Source: Candidatus Iainarchaeum sp. (GTDB lineage: Archaea; Iainarchaeota; Iainarchaeia; Iainarchaeales; JAZDFD01). From it: DNA of 64,000 bases. This document shows positions 50,671-59,822 of this stretch, piece by piece. Every line of letters begins with the position of its first letter. Position 1 is the stretch's first letter. A model generated the notes under the pieces. The model was not told the origin of the DNA and did no database searches. It was given only the letters and a program-made list of their open reading frames with translations. The position numbers and the translations under genes are program-made. The stretch lies in NCBI GenBank assembly GCA_043808155.1, contig JAZDFD010000024.1, positions 1 through 64,000 of the forward strand. The letters run 5' to 3'.

Positions 50671-51654
50671 TTAATCCTGAGTGAGGTTTTGTTTTTTCCT
50701 TGATTTTTCAACTGCTTTGTCTACGAATTCTTCAATTAATTGTTTGTAGGGTTCGATTTGTTTTTCAAAGTTTTCAGATTCTTTTCCTTTTGTTCCAATT
50801 CTGTCGGACATGGACGCGGCTAAATTTGAAAGTTCAACTGGAAAAAATATTTTTGTGCTTTGCCCTTTTGACATTTCTTCCAGTGCTTTTATGTAATAAT
50901 AATTGATTGCGTTTTGTGAAAGATTTTCTGTTGCATCTTTTACTGCTTCAATTTCTGCTTTGTGCGCATCTGCCTTCTGTAATCTTGCTAATTTTTCCTG
51001 AACAGCTGCTTTTTGTTCGTGCATTGCATCCATTACGATTTTTGGCACATCCACATCTTTGATTTCCACTGATGCAATGTCAACACCCCAGTTTCTTGAG
51101 ATTAAAATAAGTTTTTCTTTTAGTGCAGCATTTAATTTTGGGAGGTTTGCAATAATCTCTGAAAGAGTCATACCGCCCATAACATCACGGATTGTTGAAA
51201 TCACATAAAGTTTTACTGCGTCTCTGAAATCTTCAACTTCAATAACTGAGTTTATTACTGACTGCGGGTCAGAACTTACTTTGAGGTAAATTATTGCATC
51301 AACTCTCAGCTCTATTGAATCCTGAGTTATTACATCCTGTTTTGGCACATCTAATGTGTGGGTTCTCAAATCTACGTGTTTGTGATTTTCAATAAAAGGA
51401 ATCATAAAAGCCCAGCCTGGACCCCCGACTCTGTTGACTTTACCAAACCTGAAAATCACTGCTCGTTCATATTCTGTAAGAAGAAGAATTATGTCAAATT
51501 TCCAGAATATGAAAAGAAAGACTGCTAAAAGTCCAATCCACAGCAAATTGTCAGAAATCATCTGAATGTTTACGATTATTGCTGCAATAATCATAAGTAC
51601 AAATAAGACTAAAACAATGAAAATTATCTTCTTAATTCCTGATTCTGAAGCCAT
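50671..51654 (-). CDS. SPFH/band 7 (stomatin-like) protein
   Basis: EYERAVIFRFG, VDLRT..LDVP.QDVIT.D, WGVDI..VEIKD. Confidence 0.93.
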   Translation of the reverse strand: MASESGIKKIIFIVLVLFVLMIIAAIIVNIQMISDNLLWIGLLAVFLFIFWKFDIILLLTEYERAVIFRFGKVNRVGGPGWAFMIPFIENHKHVDLRTHTLDVPKQDVITQDSIELRVDAIIYLKVSSDPQSVINSVIEVEDFRDAVKLYVISTIRDVMGGMTLSEIIANLPKLNAALKEKLILISRNWGVDIASVEIKDVDVPKIVMDAMHEQKAAVQEKLARLQKADAHKAEIEAVKDATENLSQNAINYYYIKALEEMSKGQSTKIFFPVELSNLAASMSDRIGTKGKESENFEKQIEPYKQLIEEFVDKAVEKSRKKQNLTQD

Positions 51655-51732
51655 AAAATCACGCCAAATGCGAAAGGTAAATATATTATACTAATTGATA
51701 GTTTATATATATTGTCTTTAAAGGGATATTAA

Positions 51733-52959
51733 ATGGCTGAGCAAAAACGCGTACTGGTAATGTGCATTGACAGGGACGATGACCTGGGCAGAAAAACAAC
51801 TATTCAGGGACCTGTTATAGGCAGAGAAAAGAATCTTAATGCAGCCACTGCTTTGGCTTTGCAAGACCCTACAGAGGCAGATGCAAACACAATGTTTGCA
51901 ACTGTTAAGAAATATGATGAATTAAAGAAAATTTATACGGATATTGAAATTGCTACAATTACTGGACACGGGAAAATAGGGTTTCAGGCAGATAAAAAAA
52001 TAAATGAACAGCTTGATTTTGTGTTTGAACAGTTTCCTGCAGATTCAATTGTTTTGATTACTGACGGCATGGAAGATGACCAAGTAATCCCAATTCTTCA
52101 GGGGCGTGCAAAAATAATTTCAAAAGAAAATGTAATTATAAAACAGGCACAGGCTGTTGAATCAACTTATTACACTATTAAAGAAGTACTTAAAGACCCT
52201 GATATTGCAAGAATTGTTTTTGGAATTCCGGGTTTGGTTCTTTTACTTTATGTTGCACTTGGAAGTTTCTCATTGCAGATAATTTCATTTATTTTGGGTG
52301 CGTATCTATTGCTTAAAGGATTTGGAATTGAAGAAAGAATTCTCAGAGCCTTTAAATACATTACACAAACAGTTTCAATTCACAGAATTTCATTCCCATT
52401 TTATATTGGAGGCGTAATTATTCTGAGTTTTGGTGTGATTACATCATACAATACTTACATATCAAACACAGCAACTGATTTGATTCTTCAGATTGCAAGT
52501 TCATTGCAACCGATATATGCATTTGCAACATTGAGTGTATTAACAATGATTTTGGGACGATGTATTGATGTGATTAATATAAAGAAGGCTTACAGATTGA
52601 GAAAATATTTTATGATGTCTATTTCTGCGTTAATGATTTGGTTAATTTTTGATTCTGCAACATTAGTTGTTCTTAGGCAGGCAGATTTGAATTGGTTTTT
52701 ATTTACGATTGCAATTTCATTTGCAGTTCTTTTGGTGTCATACAGAGTTTCAGCAATTATTGATGTGAGAAAGAAAATAACAAAATTGCTTATTGGTTTG
52801 CCGGTTTACAATGAAGAAGGAATCTGGGTTGGCAAAGTTTCTGAAATAAATAAAAAAACTGATTCAGTTACATATCAAGATATCAGAGATAAAACAGAAA
52901 AAAGTGCAAAAAGAAAACAGTTTTTACTCCGCGACGGAAGAATTCTTATACAGCGATAG
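51733..52959 (+). CDS. DUF373 family membrane protein with C-terminal PRC-barrel-like domain
   Basis: [26 protein letters not shown] motifs. Confidence 0.9.
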   Translation: MAEQKRVLVMCIDRDDDLGRKTTIQGPVIGREKNLNAATALALQDPTEADANTMFATVKKYDELKKIYTDIEIATITGHGKIGFQADKKINEQLDFVFEQFPADSIVLITDGMEDDQVIPILQGRAKIISKENVIIKQAQAVESTYYTIKEVLKDPDIARIVFGIPGLVLLLYVALGSFSLQIISFILGAYLLLKGFGIEERILRAFKYITQTVSIHRISFPFYIGGVIILSFGVITSYNTYISNTATDLILQIASSLQPIYAFATLSVLTMILGRCIDVINIKKAYRLRKYFMMSISALMIWLIFDSATLVVLRQADLNWFLFTIAISFAVLLVSYRVSAIIDVRKKITKLLIGLPVYNEEGIWVGKVSEINKKTDSVTYQDIRDKTEKSAKRKQFLLRDGRILIQR

Positions 52960-54376
52960 TTTTCTTAGCTACTTTTTTTAGAATTTTTGGTTTTTCGATT
53001 TTTTTAACTGTACTTATTATATTTGTAAGGCTTTTTATCATCGCATTTTTTCTGCTGTGTTTTACAAATGCATTATTCAGAACATCAGTTAGTGTTTTTA
53101 CGGGAATTATTTTTATTTTCTTCAGTTCAGATGCAGACAAAATAATATCTTCAATATTTGATGCAGGCACAATTAATTCCTCAAAACCTGCTGCAATTGC
53201 GGCTAGTGTTTTTGCAGTTACTCCGCCTACAGGCAAAACATCACCCCTAACACTTAATGAACCTGTCATTGCAAGGTTTTGTTTTATTGGGATTCCTTCC
53301 ATTGCAGAAATTACTGCAGTTGCAACTGAAACAGATGCTGAATCGCCCTCAACACCCTCATAAGATTGTAAGAACTGAATATGAATATCATGTTTTGAAA
53401 CATCTTTTCCTGAAATCTTTTTTATGATTGCAGAAACATTCTGAACTGCTTCTCTTGCGATTTCCCCTAATTTGCCTGTTGCAATTAATTTTCCTTCAGA
53501 TTTTGATGCCGCAGGTGCAACCTCTGCCTCAATTGGCATTACAATACCAGCGGAGCCGTCCACAAAAACTGCTAAACCATTTACCCGTCCAACAACACTT
53601 CCGATGCTTTTGTAGACTTCGTAATCTTTTTTTTGCTGAATCATTTCATCAACCATCTGCTGTTCTAAAGTTCTTGCAGACATTTTTGCCTGATAGAGAT
53701 CTTCAACATCAACAAACTCATGGCCTTTTTCTTTTGCAATGTCTCCTGCTGCTCTTACAAGTCCTCCGATGTCACGAAGTTTCAGAGTTAATCTGTTCTT
53801 TCGTCCTGCTCTTTTCTTTGCTTCGAAAATTATCTGTTCGACTGCTTCTCTTGTGAAGTGCGGGATTTTTCCATCTTTTTTAACTTCCTGTGCAACTAAC
53901 TGAACTAAATTGTCTCTGTTTTCTTTTGTGTCAGGCATATCAACATTCATGTAAATTTCATAACCATAACCGCGTATTCTTGAACGTAAAGCAGGGTGAA
54001 CTTTTTTCAAATCATCATAGTTCCCTGCTGCAACCAAAACAAAATCACATGGGACTGCTTCTGTTCTTGTCATTGCACCACTTGACATTTCTGATTGCCC
54101 TGTAATGGCATATTTCTTTTCCTGCATTGCAGTAAGAAGTTCCTGCTGTGACTTCGGGCTTAAAGTTGCAATCTCATCAACGAAAAGAACACCTCCTGAA
54201 GCTCTGTGAATCATTCCGGGCTCAACTCTTAAGTGTGGTGGTGTTCCAAGACCGCCTGAGTTATGCACTAAAATGTCTTCTACAAAAAGGTTTCCAGTTT
54301 CTGTTGTGACATTATACACGTGTCCTTTAAAATCACGTTCAGATTTAGATTCAAATTTAGATTTACTTGCTTTCAT
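52946..54376 (-). CDS. lonB: LonB protease C-terminal half: split intein IntC (39 aa) plus C-extein (Walker B, AAA lid, Ser-Lys protease domain)
   Basis: MKASKSK...[20 protein letters not shown]|SGGLGTPPH; [31 protein letters not shown]. Confidence 0.95.
   Translation of the reverse strand: MKASKSKFESKSERDFKGHVYNVTTETGNLFVEDILVHNSGGLGTPPHLRVEPGMIHRASGGVLFVDEIATLSPKSQQELLTAMQEKKYAITGQSEMSSGAMTRTEAVPCDFVLVAAGNYDDLKKVHPALRSRIRGYGYEIYMNVDMPDTKENRDNLVQLVAQEVKKDGKIPHFTREAVEQIIFEAKKRAGRKNRLTLKLRDIGGLVRAAGDIAKEKGHEFVDVEDLYQAKMSARTLEQQMVDEMIQQKKDYEVYKSIGSVVGRVNGLAVFVDGSAGIVMPIEAEVAPAASKSEGKLIATGKLGEIAREAVQNVSAIIKKISGKDVSKHDIHIQFLQSYEGVEGDSASVSVATAVISAMEGIPIKQNLAMTGSLSVRGDVLPVGGVTAKTLAAIAAGFEELIVPASNIEDIILSASELKKIKIIPVKTLTDVLNNAFVKHSRKNAMIKSLTNIISTVKKIEKPKILKKVAKKTIAV
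54260..54376 (-). mobile_element. Split intein C-fragment (IntC, 39 aa)
   Basis: Own ATG; block F VYNVTT; block G VHN followed by Ser+1. Confidence 0.93.
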
Positions 54377-54401
54377 GATATATAAATACAGGAGTGAAAG
54401 G

Positions 54402-54409
54402 AATAAAAA
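54402..54409 (-). promoter_or_regulatory. Putative TATA box for the LonB C-half
   Basis: TTTTTATT preceded by A-rich GAAAACAAC, 25 nt upstream of ATG 54376. Confidence 0.4.
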
Positions 54410-54454
54410 GGTTGTTTTCAGCTTTTGTTAAGTTTTGATTTTTTTAGTGTCGAA

Positions 54455-54568
54455 TCATTCTGCAATTACTAAATTTAAGGAAAACATAATGAATCTTACA
54501 AATAAGTAAAGGTATGCAGTCAGACCAGTTAAAGCCATTGCAAGACCGATTTTCATTTTTAAACTCAT
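54455..54568 (-). CDS. 37-aa single-TM small protein
   Basis: MSLKMKIGLAMALTGLTAYLYLFVRFIMFSLNLVIAE; ATGA overlap with the upstream stop and GGAG SD-like sequence. Below the ORF-track cutoff. Confidence 0.6.
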   Translation of the reverse strand: MSLKMKIGLAMALTGLTAYLYLFVRFIMFSLNLVIAE

Positions 54569-55257
54569 AAATGTTTCTCCAATGATTCAAGACATTTGTC
54601 TATTGAAATTTTTTTGAATTCTTTTAAATAAGATGTTAATGTAGATTTTTGTTCTAATATTGTTTTCATAAAAATCTCATCTAAATTGCCGGGGATAAAG
54701 TTAATAATTTTGAAAGTATCTATACCTGGCTCTCTTAAATAAATCGCTGCCATGGATTTGTATAATAAAATATCAGTATGATTGAAACCTAAATCAACTA
54801 AGAGACATGTATCATTAGAACGGAAAATATTGCCGGCACTTTCAAAAGCAAAAAACCAGTCTGCTTCACCCTGAAAGTAATCATCAATAAGCAGATATAA
54901 AGCAAATTTTTGGGCAATGTTATTTGCATCAACATTATAGAACTCATAAATACTTTTATCCGACCAGTTTTTATCATTAGACCAAACATCATCGACTATT
55001 AAATGAGTTTCAAATCCTGCAAGAAATGCTTTAGAGTATTTATCTGCATTAGAGATTTCGAATATGGACTGTTTTCCTTCAACCTCATGGGTTATATTTC
55101 TATCAGTAGAATTTATGTATCTAATATCGGGTGCGATGGCTCCAAAAAAATAGTCGTCGATGTTATCATAATTTGAAATTATTGATTTCTTTTTAAGTCT
55201 ACTTAAAATTAATTTTGCCATCCATTCATGAGTAAATAGGAAAGCCATATACAACAT
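54565..55257 (-). CDS. Zinc-dependent phospholipase C family (PLC/P1 nuclease fold) protein
   Basis: N-terminal TH, YFFGAIAPD, TH, FLAGFETHLIVD metal-ligand pattern. Confidence 0.8.
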   Translation of the reverse strand: MLYMAFLFTHEWMAKLILSRLKKKSIISNYDNIDDYFFGAIAPDIRYINSTDRNITHEVEGKQSIFEISNADKYSKAFLAGFETHLIVDDVWSNDKNWSDKSIYEFYNVDANNIAQKFALYLLIDDYFQGEADWFFAFESAGNIFRSNDTCLLVDLGFNHTDILLYKSMAAIYLREPGIDTFKIINFIPGNLDEIFMKTILEQKSTLTSYLKEFKKISIDKCLESLEKHL

Positions 55258-55304
55258 CAGTTTGTATAATTTATATTGTTTCTGGTACAGGATTCACTAA
55301 TAAT

Positions 55305-56351
55305 TTATGTCAAGTGGATAGTTTTGCTTTGTTCTGTTTCTACTTTTAGCAGTTCTTTTCCAAGTTTTTGCTTTTTTCTTTTGTATTTTATTGCGATTTC
55401 AATTTGTTCATATGTGCGCCTTTTCTTGTCTTTTGCATAAATCAAGGGGAAAACACTATCAAAGAATAAAACTTTGTGAAAATGTGTTCGAAAGAAAATT
55501 CTGAAACAATGGCTAAAATTACCATCTTTTCTCAGTGTTTTCTTGCTGAAATCTTTTCTAATATTTGGAGTTGTGTCAACACCAACAGATTTGCACAATC
55601 TTTTAAGGCTTTTAAGAAAGGTGATATGCTTGCCCTCAAGTTTTTCAATCTTGCTTAAACCTAATGTTAAATTTGTGAAACGATAATTTCCGCGATTGTC
55701 AGATCTCCAAGAAGGAACAGAAAATTCCGAAGAAATTAAGCCATCAAGAAATGCTATTCTTATTTTTTTGCTTAAGGAAAGAATATTTTTTGGAGGCATA
55801 TAGGGGGTTGAAACTTTGTCACCAACTGGCACTCCCAAAGCAACAAACAATCTTATGGCAGCTCTGTCAAAAGTTCTAATATTATAAGAGTGACCATATT
55901 CGCCACCCTCCACTATGTTAATTTTATTTTTAACAAAAGGAAATATCTCGATAAGATTTTCTTTGAAAATTTCAATATCTTCGATTTTAGAAGAAATAAA
56001 AGCCAGTGTATTTAATCTTATATCAATTCCGCCATCCCCAAACAACATACCCATAATTCTAAATATTTCTTTTATGTGCTTGTGTTTTGTAGTAAGAGGC
56101 AGAAAGCCTGCTTCTTTTAGTTTGTCAACAGTTTTCAAAGGAATTGGTTTTCCTCTTTTATTAGTTCTAGTGTGCCACCATCTTATTCTTCCTTGTGGAA
56201 CTCCTAATATTTTTGCACATCTTTTGTAACCAAAACTTGGATTTTCTTTAACCAATTGCAGATATTGCTTGTATTTTTTGCAGGATTCAATATCATAATC
56301 GGAATATGTGTTAATGATGTCTTGCTCTGTTACCAACTCTCTAGCTGTCAT
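55305..56351 (-). mobile_element. Free-standing LAGLIDADG homing endonuclease (intein-type) with N-terminal HTH
   Basis: GYKRCAKILGVP HTH, IMGMLFGDGG and AFLDGLISSE motifs. Start placed at Met43 of the tracked ORF (ATG 56351) because of an upstream TATA box. Confidence 0.88.
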
Positions 56352-56372
56352 ATAAAAATTACGATTTTTGCA

Positions 56373-56379
56373 TTTATAA
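56373..56379 (-). promoter_or_regulatory. Putative TATA box for the free-standing endonuclease
   Basis: TTATAAA about 22 nt upstream of ATG 56351, the spacing seen for leaderless genes elsewhere in this window. Confidence 0.5.
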
Positions 56380-56448
56380 GTGCTTTGAGAGCACATTTCC
56401 GGTAAACTCCAGTCAAGACTTATTCCAAGTTTCTTCGAAGAATAAGAC

Positions 56449-57480
56449 TCATCTAAAATTAGCAATTGCAGAAGCAATTACTTTAATCTCTTCAAGAAGA
56501 ATTAGATTATCTCTTTCAGAAATATTTTCTGCTTCTTTGCTTTCTTTTGAAGTGAAGACTTTGTGTTCTGGAGTTAGAGAAACTGTTTTTTCTCCGACTT
56601 TAATATCAACTAGCTTACCTTCAAATGGTTGTCTATTTAAAGAAAGAATTCTTGAAACAACTGGCTTTCCTTCTTTGTAACCTATAGTATAAAGCTCTTC
56701 TCCTGGGGGGAGCATTACTGCTTCGTAGTTCTTCTCGTTTCTTTCAATTAAATGTTTATATTTGGAATTGATGTGAGACCATAATTCAATAAATGTAATC
56801 TCCTCAAATTGAGCTCCTTTTCGCAAATAAAGCTTGGAAAAGCCGTAATTACACTGAAGCGGGTCATGTCTAACGTCCCCAAGCAATGAACCTGCTCTTG
56901 CACCAGTTCCTTCAAAAAAGGGAGCAATTTTTTTCTTATCATTATCAATCAAAAGTTTTGGTGATTCGTTTCCCACTTTTGTTCTTAACTGAGACCCCAG
57001 CATTGTTCCGACAACTAAAAATCCGCCCAAAATAATCATTGCTGCAAATACAACATCCGGCACCCACCCCATTTGCCATACAACACTTGCTAAAATAAAC
57101 CAGCCAATTGGAAGAATCAAACTAAACAATCTCATATTGTCTTCTTCTTTTTTTGATTCAAGTCTTTCTTTCTGCAGAATTTTCTGCCCTTCACCTGCTT
57201 TTACAACTTTTACTTTTGGGTTGTTTGGGTCTGCAGCATTCGGATACATTAAAACATCGTGTAATTTCTGAACTGGGAGAATTTCAGCCATTCCCTGTGC
57301 TAACATTGATTTTCCAGTTCCCGGAATACCCACAAGCAGAACATTTCTTTTTTGAGCTGCTGCTTTTTTTATTAATTCAACACTTTTTTCCTGACCCAAA
57401 ACCTGATTTATGGTTTTTTCAGGAACATGAATTTCAGCAGTAGTTTTGTAATTTGCAGGGATTTGTGACATATAATACAT
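56449..57480 (-). CDS. lonB: LonB protease N-terminal half: N-extein (Walker A, two TM helices) plus split intein IntN (134 aa)
   Basis: QVLGQE, GIPGTGKS, two TM segments, GSLLGDVRHDPLQ|CNYGF...LTPEHKVF...stop. Confidence 0.95.
   Translation of the reverse strand: MYYMSQIPANYKTTAEIHVPEKTINQVLGQEKSVELIKKAAAQKRNVLLVGIPGTGKSMLAQGMAEILPVQKLHDVLMYPNAADPNNPKVKVVKAGEGQKILQKERLESKKEEDNMRLFSLILPIGWFILASVVWQMGWVPDVVFAAMIILGGFLVVGTMLGSQLRTKVGNESPKLLIDNDKKKIAPFFEGTGARAGSLLGDVRHDPLQCNYGFSKLYLRKGAQFEEITFIELWSHINSKYKHLIERNEKNYEAVMLPPGEELYTIGYKEGKPVVSRILSLNRQPFEGKLVDIKVGEKTVSLTPEHKVFTSKESKEAENISERDNLILLEEIKVIASAIANFR
56452..56853 (-). mobile_element. Split intein N-fragment (IntN, 134 aa)
   Basis: Cys1 follows HDPLQ; block B TPEH; ends at TGA 56449-56451 with no blocks F/G. 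Confidence 0.92.
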
Positions 57481-57507
57481 TAATTAATAAGAATGAATTA
57501 AAAAACT

Positions 57508-58446
57508 TTGGAATGCGTATTAATTATGAGTGAAATGAAATTAGTGTTTTTAGGGACTGGTGCGTCAAATCCTACGAAAAAAAGGAATCTGAGTAGCGTA
57601 GCTTTGAAATTTAACGGAGAGTGGTTACTCTTTGATTGCGCGGAAGGAACCCAAAGACAGATGCTTCATACAAATGTAAGTTACATGAAAGTGAATCATA
57701 TTTTTATTACTCATTTCCACGGAGACCACATTTTGGGTCTGCCTGGTCTGGTTGCAACAATGGCAATCCATGAAAGAGAAGAAGATCTGCATATTTACGG
57801 CCCTAAGGGTGTGCGTAAACTTATTGGTTCCCTTATGAAAGTTGCAGGAGACCAAATGACTTTCAAAATTAAATATCATGAAGTTCCACTAAATGGTGGC
57901 GAAATATTAAAAGATGAAAATTTTTCTGTGCGATCTGTTCCTCTAAAGCACAATACAAAATGTTTTGGTTATGTTTTTAAAGAAAAAGATAAAGAAGGAA
58001 AGTTCATGCGCAATAAAGCAGAGGAACTTGGAATTCCTGTTGGGCCATTGTACAGCAAACTTGCGACTGGTGAAAATGTAACAGTTAACGGGCAAATTTT
58101 CAGACCCGAAGATGTAATGGATTATTCAAAAGGCAAAAAAGGCAGAAAAATTTCTTATATTGTGGATACAATGCCAAATGAAAAATATTTCAAAGCAATT
58201 GAAGATTCAGATTTATTAATTCATGAATCAAGTTTTGCAGATGAGTTGGAGAAACGTGCCAAAGAAACATCACACTCCACTTCAAAGCAGGCAGCAGAAG
58301 TTGCAAAAAAATGCAATGTGAAGAGATTAATTCTTACTCATGTTTCTCCGCGTTATAAAAATGACAAAGACATTCTTGCTGATGCGAAAAAAGTTTTCAA
58401 AAATACTAAAGTTGCGGAAGATTTTTTAATTATAGAAATTAAGTGA
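57508..58446 (+). CDS. rnz: Ribonuclease Z
   Basis: FLGTG..P...RN, DCAEGTQ, THFHGDH, exosite GP, HES, HST, LTHVSPRY. Confidence 0.96.
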   Translation: MECVLIMSEMKLVFLGTGASNPTKKRNLSSVALKFNGEWLLFDCAEGTQRQMLHTNVSYMKVNHIFITHFHGDHILGLPGLVATMAIHEREEDLHIYGPKGVRKLIGSLMKVAGDQMTFKIKYHEVPLNGGEILKDENFSVRSVPLKHNTKCFGYVFKEKDKEGKFMRNKAEELGIPVGPLYSKLATGENVTVNGQIFRPEDVMDYSKGKKGRKISYIVDTMPNEKYFKAIEDSDLLIHESSFADELEKRAKETSHSTSKQAAEVAKKCNVKRLILTHVSPRYKNDKDILADAKKVFKNTKVAEDFLIIEIK

Positions 58447-59009
58447 TACATATGTTGGGGCCAAAAGGAAGGAAAGTTAATCTTAAAAAAACAACAAAAT
58501 CAAAAACCAAAGCAACATATGTTGGCGAAAAAGAATATTTAGGTTATGATATGGAAGGTGAGGTTCGATCTCACGAATTCAAAATCGGAACAGGGCAGAA
58601 AAATAGAAGTGTATTTCTTGCAGTTAAAAAATATTACCCTAATTTTACATCGAAATATGTGAAAGAACGTCTTGAAATAATGCAAGAGCTTCATGCACTT
58701 AACAGAATGAGAAAAAAGATGGGTGAATCAACATTGAGACTTTTTTCTACTTTTCGGATTATTGAAAAAAAGGGTGAACCACACATGCTTGCATCAAGTA
58801 TATTGAATGCGCAACCATATGACCTGACACGCGAGGAAAAAGGAGATTGGTTTAAAGATGCAAGTAAACAACTCAAAATTCTTCATGAAGAAGGATATAT
58901 TGCAAACACAGAAGCGTTTCTCCCTTACAGAGACCCCAAAACAAAAAAAATAGTTGCTATAATTGGTGACTCAGGTGGAGTTAAAAGAAAGACCCCTACC
59001 AAAAAATAA
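58443..59009 (+). CDS. Hypothetical protein, possible degenerate protein-kinase-like fold
   Basis: LGYDMEGEV, LAVKK, LHEEG, IIGDSG in kinase-like order. Confidence 0.45.
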   Translation: MIHMLGPKGRKVNLKKTTKSKTKATYVGEKEYLGYDMEGEVRSHEFKIGTGQKNRSVFLAVKKYYPNFTSKYVKERLEIMQELHALNRMRKKMGESTLRLFSTFRIIEKKGEPHMLASSILNAQPYDLTREEKGDWFKDASKQLKILHEEGYIANTEAFLPYRDPKTKKIVAIIGDSGGVKRKTPTKK

Positions 59010-59011
59010 AA

Positions 59012-59701
59012 TTACTTCATAGTGAAACTTTCCCCGGGTTTTAGAATTATGGGTTTTGTTTTAAGGATTGATTTTTCTATTTTTGCTTTGAATTCACGCG
59101 GGTCTGCTTTTATTGTTTTGAAAGTGTTGTAGTGCATTGGAACTGCATATTTTGGTTTCATTGTTTTAACAGCACGAACCGCATCAACAACATCCATTGT
59201 ATTTGCACCACCGATTGGAAGTAAAGTGATGTCTGCATGGATTCCTGCAAACTGATCAATCAAAGAAGTATCACCTGCGTGATAAACTGACTGACCTTTG
59301 TGAGAAATTAAATAACCTAAAGGATAAAACGAACGGGGATGATGAGCATCCTTTGCAGTAATTTCAACATGGTCTAAAATAATTGTTTGATCCCGGCAAA
59401 TTGAATGTAATTTATTTTTTGGGAGATTCAACTGATTTAGAATACTGTCATGAGCAACAATTTTAGTGTCATTTCCCAAAGCAAACTTTTCAATTGCTTT
59501 CTGATCAAAGTGGTCAAAGTGTTCGTGCGTTATTAAAATTGAGGAAATATTCTGAAATGTATTTGTGTTTGTAACACATGGAATCAGCCTTTCAAAAGTA
59601 AGATCATCAGTATTATGATTAATGTACGGGTCTATCAAAAGATTTATCCCAGGGAAAGAGACCCTGAAAAATGAATGACCTAAAAACTGAATCTTAACCA
59701 T
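59012..59701 (-). CDS. Metal-dependent hydrolase, MBL fold (UPF0173-like)
   Basis: FLGHS, IDPY, THEHFDH, YHAGDT, LPIGG..TM, PMHYNTF; start at MVKIQ. Confidence 0.92.
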   Translation of the reverse strand: MVKIQFLGHSFFRVSFPGINLLIDPYINHNTDDLTFERLIPCVTNTNTFQNISSILITHEHFDHFDQKAIEKFALGNDTKIVAHDSILNQLNLPKNKLHSICRDQTIILDHVEITAKDAHHPRSFYPLGYLISHKGQSVYHAGDTSLIDQFAGIHADITLLPIGGANTMDVVDAVRAVKTMKPKYAVPMHYNTFKTIKADPREFKAKIEKSILKTKPIILKPGESFTMK

Positions 59702-59822
59702 ATGCTCACAAACTGCGTTACTATAAAATAAATAGGGGGCAGTGAATTTAAACACAACGCAGAAAACAACTTATTAACAGAAAGAAATAATAATCTAAAA
59801 GTGTTATAATAAATGAAAAATC

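Noticed and set aside
56449-56477. Single frameshift or sequencing error as the explanation of the lonB split (29-nt overlap of the IntN and HEN ORFs)
   Set aside because: Even if IntN and HEN were fused, the HEN stops at 55305 and IntC starts about 930 bp later, behind two other ORFs, so cis-splicing is impossible. The HEN also has a plausible TATA box and ATG of its own.
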